In this document: positions 53,670 through 64,000 of the stretch, piece by piece
Layout of the letters: each line of letters starts with the position of its first letter
Position numbering within the stretch: position 1 is the first letter of the stretch
The notes under the pieces: generated by a model
What the model was told of the DNA's origin: nothing
What the model saw: only the letters and a program-made list of their open reading frames with translations
Database searches by the model: none
Position numbers and translations under genes: made by a program
Source of the DNA: the human T2T-CHM13v2.0 reference genome, Homo sapiens
Length of the DNA: 64,000 bases
Assembly: GCF_009914755.1 (NCBI RefSeq)
Contig: NC_060944.1
Direction: 5' to 3' (one strand)

Positions 53670-54984
53670 TTTTTCTCTCATTTCTAAATTATCACTTCCT
53701 GCATTTGTCCTTGAATATTGCTTTTTACCTATTGTCTACCTTTTTACCTATTGCTTTTTACCTATTGAAAATATACATTTTCTCTTAATTTCTTATGTAA
53801 ATTGTTCTTTTTTTTTTATTCTTTCTCATTTTAACAGTGAATTCACTTAAGGAAATGTATTTACCTTTGAGTCCAGTTTTAGCCATATCCCAAAAGTTTG
53901 CTAAACGATGTTCTCATTCTTTTCGTCTAACTATCCCATGTCTGCTGGTTTAAGTTCTTTCTAACTCAAAGGTTTTGTTTTCCTTTCCATTAATTAAATA
54001 TTTTCCCTCTAACTTTTTCTTATTGTTTCCTATTTTTATTATATGGTGGTTAGAGAATTTAACATATAACTTTTATTTGGGGAAACTGTTGATTTTTTTT
54101 CTTTTTGGCTATCATGTAAACAATTTGTATTAATATATCAAGAGTTCTTGAAAAGAAGCTTCTTTTCTAGAATATAGTCTCCACTCTGGGTTGTGCATCA
54201 CAGAGGGAACACAGGATTATCCAATAGAGTATAAGGAAAACATTAAAACTTGCATTCAATATTTATTTTCATCATGTCCCTTCTCTATTTTTGTATATGT
54301 TTCATGTATCTTATATTAGTATTATAGAAGATTAATATTATTAATAATATGCACTATTGGGAGCATATACTTGAAAAGGTTTTAAACAGAGAAGTACATA
54401 GTGAAAGTGATAGAGACTATCAGTCTAAAAAGCACAGAAGTCAATATTTTAATTCAGTGGTATGTCTAAATAATTAACAAATATATTTATATTTAAACTC
54501 TATGCTCAAAATGTTCTACATATTGGGATTCACATTCAAAAAAGTTTGGAAAAAATTGCATTATCAACAATAATTTCCTAAAGAGATAGAAAGCCTTTGT
54601 TTATCAGAATTCTAAGGAAAGCAGGGAAACTAATTTGGATTCATAGGGACTGCTAGGCTGAAAATAATCTACCAAAACAGTGGGACCAGACTCTACCTCC
54701 TATTTAAACATCACAGAAACAAAAAGGAAGTCAAGAGAAGCAGGAGAAGGTGAGGTCAGGAGGTTTTAGGGAGCATTTGACAGCCCTGAGCCATGGAAGT
54801 GGGAGTAAATTGGAAAAATTTTGCCTAAATTTCCAAGGGTCAAAGTACATATTGCTGAACTCCTAAGTATCCTTATTTATATTTTTGGTCTGTGTTAAAT
54901 TGCTCTGCTATTATTGTGTTTCATCACTTTTTTCCTAATGTTATGTTATTTGGCACATCAAGATTCCTGACTATTATTTTTCTT

Positions 54985-55276
54985 TTTCCCCTCCCCCTTT
55001 TTTTTATTATACTTTAAGTTTTAGGGTACATGTGCACAACGTGCAGGTTTGTTACATATGTATACATGTGCCATGTTGGCATGCTACACCCCTTAACTCT
55101 CCATTTAACATTAGGTATATCTCAGCAAACTATCACAAGGACAAAAAACCAAACACTGCATGTTCTCACTCATAGGTGGGAATTGAACAATGAGAACACA
55201 TGGATACAGGAAGGGGAACATCACACACTGGGGCCTGTTGTGGGGTGGGGGAGGGGGGACGGATAGCATTAGGAGA
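54985..55276 (-). mobile_element. Short primate L1PA insertion with 5' inversion
   Basis: L1 3' end on the minus strand (54985-55123) joined to the adjacent upstream L1 segment on the plus strand (55120-55276); 17-bp TSD. Confidence 0.92.
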
Positions 55277-55331
55277 TGACTATTATTTTTCTTATGGATT
55301 GCTTCCTTATCGAAGTAAAATTATCTTCTTT

Positions 55332-55648
55332 TTTTCTTTTTCTTTTTCTTTTTTTTTTTTTTTTTTTAAGACAAGGTCTCACTCTGTTGTCCAGGCTGTA
55401 GTGCAGTGGTACAATCATGGCTTACTGCTTCCTCAACCTCGGAGCCTCAAGTAATCCTCCCATCTCAGCCACCTAAGTGGCTGGACTACAGGCACATGTC
55501 CCATACCCAGCTAATTTTTTTTATTTTTTATAGAGATGAATTTTTGCCATATTGCCCAAGCTGGTCTTGAACTCCTGGGCTCAAGCAATTAGCCTGCCTT
55601 GGCCTCCCAAAGTGCTAGGATTACAGGTGTGAGCCACTGTGACTGGCC
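55332..55648 (-). mobile_element. AluJ
   Basis: AluJ diagnostics (actcctgggctcaagcaat); TSD aaatt(at/gc)cttcttt at 55318-55331 and 55649-55662. Confidence 0.9.
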
Positions 55649-55662
55649 AAATTGCCTTCTTT

Positions 55663-55926
55663 AGCACTTTGGGAGGCTGAGGCGGGCGGATCGTGAGGTC
55701 AGGAGATCGAGAGCATCCTGGCTAACATGGTGAAACCCCGTCTCTACTAAAAACACAAAAACAAATTAGCCGGGCATGGTGGCGGGTGCCTGTAGTCCCA
55801 GCTACTCGGGAGGCTGAGGCAGGCAAATGACATGAACCCAGGAGGCGGAGCTTGCAGTGAGTAAGATAGCGCCATTGCACTCCAGCCTGGGCGACAGAGC
55901 GAGACTCCGCCTCAAAAAAAAAAAAA
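55663..55926 (+). mobile_element. AluY lacking its first ~30 nt
   Basis: gagatcgaga.catcctggctaac and gcggagcttgcagtgag diagnostics; many CpGs retained. Confidence 0.9.
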
Positions 55927-57064
55927 TGTCTTTTACGTTGGAGTCTATCTTGTCCTTGTATGCCATTTTGACTTAGGTCTAAATCATGTACAATGTTTGT
56001 AGGTGGTTTCTGTTTGCTTGCTTGCTCACTCTCTTGCTTGCTTACTTTAATCCAATTTGAAAGTCTTTATAATTTGCATTAAATTTTATTCTATTTAAAG
56101 ACCCAGGTCCACAGAGGAGGTCTACAGAAAAAAAAAAAAATGAAATAAAAAATAAAAATAAACAAAAACCCAGAGTTCTAGATCTTGCTGCATTGTTATT
56201 TTATACTGTTCTTGTGCTTGTTTGCTATTAGTTTTGTTTTTCATCAAGACTATGACTGTTTTTCTAAATTTTGAAAAAGTTTGAAATATAAAAAGCACTA
56301 GAAATAATATACAAAAATATTCCCATAAACTCTGTTCTCTTTGATTTTTTTCTTCTCTGGCTGATTGCAGTGTATAAAACCTTCTTATATTCCCATAAAT
56401 GATTGTCTTTTCCTGGTAAAAACTGTACTTGAACCTGTATTTTTCTGTTCATTAATGTAATGAATTAAATCATTTTTGTTGATGACTCTTCTGTAAAAGG
56501 AGTAAAAAAGCATTTTTAAATTTACCCCAATCCATTCCTAACCCACTTACATGTTTTCATTAATATAATCTAGAATTTTTAGACCCAGATTATTAATATT
56601 TAATTTTATGTTTGTTTATATTATGTTCCACTATTCCAGGAATTGTTTCTCAGATAATTGCATTGCTAGGTAACCTTATTTATGGTTATTAAAATAATAG
56701 ATATGTCTAACTGATCTTAATGTTCACTGCTCTGACTTTTATGTTGATTTACCCATTTCTGTGTCCTCAACTTTGATTCATTTCATTCATGTGTAATATA
56801 GCCTCAAGAATTTTATTTGCTTGGCTTTTTGTATTTTAGGATGGGCTCATAAATGATATACTTTGCATATATATCTTTCTGTTATCTTCACAATTGAACA
56901 ACTTGACTGGGAATTGTATGCTATTGAGTCATAACCTTTTCCTCTCAAAATTCCGTAGACATCGTCCCATCATCTTGCAGTTTTCAGAATTGTGGCAAAG
57001 TCTGAAAGCAATCTGATCTTTGTCCTTTATGGGAAAATCGTTTCCTTCCTAGATGCCTGTAGAG

Positions 57065-57660
57065 GTCATTCATTTATTAATACAGGTATTCAACAAATAT
57101 TTGTCAAGCACCTACTGTGTGCAAAGCACTGACCTAGACACAGCAATGAATGGAACAGAGAGAATGAAGAACAGAGAATCAAGGCAGAGAGAAAGAACAG
57201 AGAATTAAAGCAGAGAAAAAGATCTGCCTTCAGGGACCTCTCAGGCTAGCGGGGGAGAGAGGCGATAAACAAAATGAATAAATATGACGTGGACTATCTA
57301 TTATAGGGAATTTCTGATGATAACACATGTTAGGAAGGTTAAAGCTGAAGAAAGGCATAAGGAGTTGGACACATGACCATTTAAATAGGGTCCTAAGGGA
57401 ACACTTAATAAGGTAACATTCCGATAAAAACCTGAAGGAACTGAGGAGTGAGCCATGTGGCTTTCTGGTGAAGAGCATTCCAGGCAGAGGGAAGAGCATA
57501 TGCAGAGATCCTGAACTGAGAGCTTGCCTGATATGTTCAAGGAATAATGGGGAGGCCACTGTGGCTGGAGTAGGAATGAGCAAGAGAGAAAGAAGAAACT
57601 GATGAGATGAGAGTTATAATGGAGGATCAGATCATGGAGAATCTTGTTAACCAATGTGTA
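57065..57660 (-). mobile_element. LINE L2 fragment
   Basis: ttcaacaaatatttgtcaagcacctactgtgtgc...gaagagcattccaggcagagggaagagcatatgc. Confidence 0.8.
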
Positions 57661-57799
57661 CACAGGTCAGCCTTTCCCAAGCTGGGGTTCCAGGGAAAAC
57701 ACACATTGAGCATTGCTACTTTCCAAGAGTGAGCTATGATAAGCAAAGCTTCCCAAATTAAATTGTCTATGGAATCCCGTTATAGTAGACCTGTCAGTA

Positions 57800-58000
57800 T
57801 TCATTCACCCATGAACTCAACAAATATTTATTGAGCACCTACTATATGGCAGGCACTGATCTGGCATGGAGGATACAATGATGAACAAAACAAAGTCCCT
57901 GCCCTCATGGAATTTTCATCAATGTGTGGATAACAAACCACACACCCCTATGTATGTGAGATAAATGCTATGAATGAAAAATAAAGCAGGATAAAATACT
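57800..58000 (-). mobile_element. LINE L2 3' end
   Basis: tcaacaaatatttattgagcacctactatatggcaggcactg. Confidence 0.8.
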
Positions 58001-59930
58001 TGTAGAACACTCGTTTTGCTAAACATTGATCTCTTTTTTTTATTTTTCCTAATGTATGACTGACCTTTCAATAAAATATTAAAATTTTTCTTAAGGTTGT
58101 GAAAGTTCTCTCCTAGTTCACCTTCCACTGTTACTTCTTTTGTTGTTCTGATCTCTTTTAAAATTTTGTTTTTATTTTGAAATTTTGGAGGGAAATATTT
58201 TAAAGTATTTATTATACACAAAAGAATATACACACTGGTCTCCTTTTTAGGAACAGCAGTGATCTCTATGCTGGCACTCTATTAAGTGCCATTCTCTGTT
58301 CTCTATGTACCTAATCTCTTTGCTATTGTTTCTCCTATAGTCTGCTAGAGTTTTTCAAGTTTATCCAAGATTTATGATTCCAAGTCCAATGCCCACTTCA
58401 CTATTACTAGTTCAAATGCACACTTAAAATCTCTAAAAACTCACTTTTTTGTGATCACATTAGTTTTTTATATTGTTTTTAATTATAAAAATAATATCTA
58501 ATATTTATTAAAATCATACCTCATCCCAGATACTCTGCTAAGAGCTTTACATGCTTTATGTCATTTACTACTCAAACAGCTCCGTGAGCAGGCACCGCGG
58601 TTATCACCACTGAACAGATGATGACATTGAGGCATAGAGGCATACACATTAAGTGATTATTGACTATTTTCTACCTTGCCAATTCTGCTCTGTGCTGCAT
58701 CTAACATTGATTTTAACTTTGCTTATTTATATTTCATCTTTATGAATTTCATTTACCTTATTTTATTTCTAACTCCTCTCAGCTTGCTCCCTTCATGTCA
58801 TCCATTGACGTATCATCATCTTATTTTTATTTCTTGAATCATAAACTACATATTTCCATGAATTTTGCAGAAAGGACAAGTCAGATGTGTTCTAAAATGT
58901 TCTTCAGTTTACTATCATCAATCTTTTTTAAAAGTAAGTTCTTCCTCTACGTTGTGAGTACCGTGTTCTCTGTTTTATGAGGCAGATTTTCTGTAAAGCC
59001 TCATGCGCTTCTTTTTTTCATCTATTTACTCATTTCTGATCCAACAAAAGAAAGAAAATAAAGACAAGTCTGCCTAGACATAGGACTTTTCTGCTAAAAA
59101 AAAAAAAATTAAATGAAAAATAAGACTTTCTTCGGTTCTTCTTTGCTGGCCATCTGGGTGCTATTTGAATCCTTAAGCCCAGAAATTATGCCAGAGAGCT
59201 GGCGCATGTGACAGCCTCCAAATCTCTCTACAACTTCCAGTGTTTTTAGTCTAATATTTACTATAACTTCGATGGTTCACAGGGAGTGAGGCTGTCTCAG
59301 AAACCAGCCGGCTGATCATGTTACTATAAGAAGGCCACATACTCCTGAAGAATCTGTGTGAACAGTAAATTCAAACTCCAACCCCTGAATGCCTGTGACT
59401 GTCTCAAGATTAGCTCCTTCCCAAAGCCAGACCCACATCCCAACATGGCCATTACCTATTGTATGCACTTCCACCCCAGTGACATTAGAGTGCTGGTCAC
59501 TGAACTGCTGGAAGAGCATTGCTAGGGTGGAGTGAGGGAATCTAGAACCCTGGCCTCCTCAGAACATAATTCCCACAGAGTAGGGGTGAGGAATGCTTCC
59601 TTCTCTCTGAAGGACTCATTTAGAGATATAGATACAGGTTGGGGTTGGGGAGACTGAGGCTGCCTTTTGCCTTTTCCCTATTTGGCCCCACCCTCTGCCT
59701 CAATACTTCATCTGTTTTGGTTGAAGGAAATTAGATGCATATCACAGATTACTATTCCAGGATCCTGGTGCTATTAAACATGTCAGTATTTGTGTGTTTC
59801 CATAAACATTTCAGTGGAAAGGAAGGGAAGACAAAACAGGGGTGACCAACTTAAAGAGAAACAGGGAGACAAGCTTACAATAGGGGATGGGCAGCTCTCT
59901 GCCTCAGTCTTCCCAGACCTCTGACCTTGC

Positions 59931-60302
59931 TGTATTAGTCCATTCTCATGCTACTAAAAAGACATACACAAGAGTGGGTAATTTATAAAGAAAAGAGGTT
60001 TCATTGACTCACAGTTTGGCAGGGCTTGGGAGGCCTCAGGAAACTTACAATCATGGCGGAAGGGGAAGCAAACACATCCATCTTCACACGGCAACAGGAG
60101 AGAGAAGAATAAGAGCCAAGCGAAGGGGGAAGCCCCTAATAAAACCATCAGATCTCATGAGAACTTACTCACAAGAATAGCATGGAGGAAACCACTCCCA
60201 TGATTCAGTTACTTCCCACCAGGTCCCTCCCACGACACACGGGAATTATGGGAACTACAATTCAAGATGAGATTTGGGTGGGAACACAGCCAAACCATGT
60301 CA
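59931..60302 (-). mobile_element. THE1-family (MaLR) solo LTR
   Basis: tgtattagtcc...caaaccatgtca with TG...CA termini; 5-bp TSD cttgc/cttgt. Confidence 0.9.
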
Positions 60303-60371
60303 CTTGTCTTACCCCTAAGTTAACCCTGAGCAGAGCAGGGACTCTCTTATCCCCATCACAGATGTGTGCTG

Positions 60372-60668
60372 GGCCAGACACAGTGGCTCACACCTGTAAT
60401 TTCAGCACTTTGAGAGGCCAAGGTGGACAGATCACCTGAGTCCAGGAGTTTGAGACCAACCTGGGTAACACAGTGAAACCCCGTCTCTACAAAAAATACA
60501 AAAACTAGCTGGGTGTAGTGGCATGCCCCCATAGTCCCACCTACTTGGGAGGCTGAGGTAAGAGGATCACCTGAGCTTGGGGAGGTCAAGGCTGAAGTGA
60601 GCCATGATCGTAACCACTACATTTCCACCTGGGCAAGAGTGAGCCCCCGTCTTCAAAAAAATAAAAAA
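60372..60668 (+). mobile_element. AluJ
   Basis: Both arms, J-type right arm, A tail. Confidence 0.9.
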
Positions 60669-61471
60669 GATGGATGCTGAAAGTGTGGACTCTGGAAGTA
60701 GGCTGCCTGGGTACAAATCTAAGGTCCACACTGAGCAAGTTACTAAATCTTTCTGTGCCTCAGTTTTCCCATCTGTAAAATGATATAATCTCTCTGATAG
60801 TTATTGTGAGGTGTAAGTGATATAATATTTGAGAAGTACTAATAACAGCACATGGCACATAAAAATGCTATTGGTTGATTAAATGATTGATTAATTTAAA
60901 AGGGTCAGCACTGGTACCTACGAGCCTCTTCTAGGCATGCATAGTCTGTCCTCATGGGCTACTTCCTTGATTTCCTTTACTGAGATTGGAGCTCTGCTTA
61001 TGGAGACCTGCTTTGCCTGTCCCTAACCCCTGGCCAGGTTCTGTCCTCGAGGTTTGGGCTAACTCCTTGTCCCCAGGATCCACAGGATCCTTGATGAGTG
61101 AACTTTAACGAAAATTAAACCAAGTACCAAAGGCTTCCTATGTGCCAGGCCTTCAGTACTTTGCCTGAATAAATCTTTTAACTCTCACAACAGGTCAATG
61201 ATGTCAGTGCTGTTATTATCCCCATTGTACAGATGAAGCAAGAGTCCTAAAGTTTCAGGGCTATTAAACGGAGATGGGATTCAACATGAAAAACCTGAAG
61301 GGCATAGCCACCTCTCTGTCTGCAGAGGAGAGAGACTTTGGGAGTTCTGAGACAGGCCTCTCTTTTATGAAGAAATTTCTAGGCAACTTAAAGGGTCCCA
61401 AACCCAGCATGGATCTGGTGCTCTGTAAATATTTATTGGAGATTCATAGAGTAAAAAGTTTTGCCCTAGAT

Positions 61472-61680
61472 CAATGATTCTCAACAGGGTGCGATTCTGC
61501 CCCCGAGCAGACAATTGGCAATGTCTAGAGACATTTTTGGTTTTCACAACTGGTGGGGAAATGTTACTGACATCTAGTGGGTAGAGAGCAGGGATGCTGC
61601 TAGGCATCCCACAACACAGGACAGACCCCCACGACAAACGGTAATCCAAGTGTCAGTAGTGCCAAGAATGAGAAACACAA
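61472..61680 (+). mobile_element. MER20 (hAT-Charlie), near full length
   Basis: caatgattctcaac...ggcaatgtctagagacatttttgg...gtcagtagtgccaagaatgagaaac. Confidence 0.85.
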
Positions 61681-61751
61681 GGCTCTGAAATCAGCTGGCA
61701 TGTTCGTCTTCTCCTTATATCTCTGAGAAGACAAAAGAAACCAGATATCCC

Positions 61752-62057
61752 AACCCGGCACGGTGGCTCACGCCTGTAATCCCAGCACTTTGGGAGGCTG
61801 ACATGGGGGGATCACGAAGTCAAGAGATCGAGACCATCCTGGCCAACGTGGTGAAACCCCATCTCTACTAAAAATATAAAAATTAGACCGGGGTGGTGGT
61901 GCATGCCCCAGGAGGCTGAGGCAGGAGAAATGCTTGAACCCAGGAGGCAGAGGTTGCAGTGAGCCGAGATCATGCCACTGCACTCCAGCCTGGATGACAG
62001 AGCCAGACTCTGTCTCAAAAAAAAAAAAAAAAAAAAAAAAAAGAAAGAAGGAAAGAA
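61752..62057 (+). mobile_element. AluSc-like element with a ~16-bp deletion in the right arm
   Basis: gtcaagagatcgagaccatcctggccaac diagnostic; long A tail; TSD aaaagaaac.agata.ccc at 61733-61751 and 62058-62076. Confidence 0.9.
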
Positions 62058-62379
62058 AAAAGAAACTAGATACCCCAAAATGCCATAATCCAAGAAGGGT
62101 TCTGCGCCTTGTAATTTACCTCTGTAAATAGGGCTCTCTCTGTGCCTTTCATCCCCCAATTCAGTCATCTCCTTATTTCTTATTTTGGGGGCAATCTCAG
62201 AACTGCCCGTGAAGACAAAAAAAATTGTGAATTTCAGGAGGAGGGTGGAAACCTCGTCCTTTGGGAAAATTGAGCTGCTGAACAAAAAACTCAGCAGGCA
62301 AGCCCCTCATAGCTCACAGAGGATAAAGCACAGAATATTTTAAATTTCATCCAGAGAGAACTGACTTTCTGCTCCTTCC

Positions 62380-62900
62380 ATTCAAGAGCTTTTGTTTTGC
62401 ATTTAAATGACAAGGGAGAGATTGGGGAGAAGCCGGCAGCTTCAGCCTCTGTGAGGAGGGAAGTTGTCGCCCCTCTGAAGTGGCTGCGTTAATGTCATGT
62501 CATTACACCGTATTGCTGCACAGGTTAATATAATTGGGTGACGATGTGTGAGCAATGATCCGTGCCATGTTACAGCTCTGAAACAAATGACATTTAACCA
62601 GCCAGTCTGTAAGGCTCCTTGTTATCTACATGGTGAGCAATTGAAACGGAGAAGCAGACCTCTCGATGAGCAACTGATGAATTAGTTGTTGGGTTTCCTC
62701 GACAGCCTGGATTTATAAGAGCACAATTCTAACATAATTTATTAGATCTATAAACAGACAGATCCAATGTTTTTACTGAGATTACATCTTGTCACCCTCA
62801 GATATTGTGTCGCTGACAGCCCTGTTATAATTTATTTTTATTATTCTGATAAGGTGTTGTTTCCAGGGATTTATTTATTTTTCCCCCTAAAAAGACATTT
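62380..62900. promoter_or_regulatory. Candidate conserved non-coding enhancer
   Basis: Repeat-free, many TAAT and TGACA motifs, CpG retained. Confidence 0.45.
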
Positions 62901-64000
62901 TCATTTTTAGCTGGAAAGGAATCAGAAACTTTAATGCTAGCAGATCTCCAGTAGCCACCCAGACAGCTTTTCCATACTATGACTGTGAGCTTCTAAAGAG
63001 CAGAGCTGAAGTTTTAGCATGAATTAGTGCATGGCCCTTGGCCTGGGGAATCGCAGGAAGACATAAGGGAGAATCTGTCGGGTGGCATTGGGGCCTGTTT
63101 GAGGATCTTCCTCTTGTTGAAACATCAGCCGGTGATTGATATCCTTCCATAGAGTTTCTCACCTTTGCAGGCTGCCCGCCTCCCTCCACACCTGCCTTTC
63201 AGGCCAGGCAGAGCACAGAAGAGTCTTTCCTGGCTCTGGCCATCACTCACCTGAGCCTGAAGCTAACATGTAGCTTCCTGGACAACAGTCTCCCACAAAG
63301 CTATTCTAAGCCAGCTCCTCCTGACCATGTAAAAAGAGGGGTGCGTGTCTACTCTCAAAGCCCCTCTAGGCAAAGGGTCACAGGTCTGAGTGACCAACAT
63401 CTACCAGTAAAGGACAGTGGCCTTGCCAAGAACTGCAAGGGAGAGGCAATGCTGGAGTTGTATGTCCAGTCCAAAGAACACAGATGGTGAGAAAACACCC
63501 CACTTAGAGGCAATCAGATTAGGGTTGATGTCCCTCCAGGTAGCTGTGACTTCAGGCATTCTACTTCTCCTTTATGAGCTATTGCCCATCTGAAACATAG
63601 CAGTGATGACACCTGCCTCATAGTCCTGGTGAGAATAAAATGAGATAATGAACATAGAGTGTTGCTTTATTAGCTAAAGTACTGTGCAAAGGAAGGATAC
63701 CTTTATTAGCATTAACATCTCTAAGCTCTAGAGATACATTTTTTTAATCTGGAAGGGATATTTTTAATGTTGTTTTTTATTTTATAATAATGATAATCTT
63801 CATATAGCTTTAAATTTTACCAGGTGCTTGCATATGATATAAGATAACAAGATCGTTTTCATCTCCTTATAATTTGGTGAAGATAGGTGACTTCTTTGTC
63901 TCCATTTTATGGATAAAGAAACTAAGGCTCATGGAGGTAACCCAGAGTTAGTCCACTGGTTACAGGATTCTAACTCACAACAGAACAACCCTACATCCAT

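Overview
Primate (almost certainly human) genomic DNA covering the MAFB locus; from memory this is chr20q12. The only credible protein-coding gene is intronless MAFB on the minus strand (CDS 11365-12336, 323 aa, large-Maf bZIP). It has a ~390-nt AUG-free 5'UTR, a ~2-kb 3'UTR ending near 9340, and a promoter with GATAAAA, CCAAT, GC-box and a GTCAGCTGAC palindrome inside a large CpG island. Two more CpG-rich islands flank the gene (~6.2-7.3 kb and ~15.9-16.6 kb). The ~50 kb upstream is gene desert: MIR, L2, old L1, Alu, MaLR/ERVL LTRs and MER DNA transposons, interrupted by repeat-free, homeodomain-motif-rich blocks that look like developmental enhancers (34-37 kb, 41.6-42.8 kb, 62.4-62.9 kb). 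All other ORFs in the track look like GC-rich shadow ORFs or repeat-derived ORFs. I found no convincing new gene system. The most unusual local structures are three back-to-back palindromes next to a PBX-HOX motif (~29.5 kb), a template-switch-like repeat/hairpin knot (~5.1 kb), twelve periodic G-tracts just after the stop codon, a twin-primed L1, and a head-to-head Alu pair only 14 bp apart. Repeat family names were assigned by eye from remembered consensus sequences, and old-repeat boundaries are approximate.
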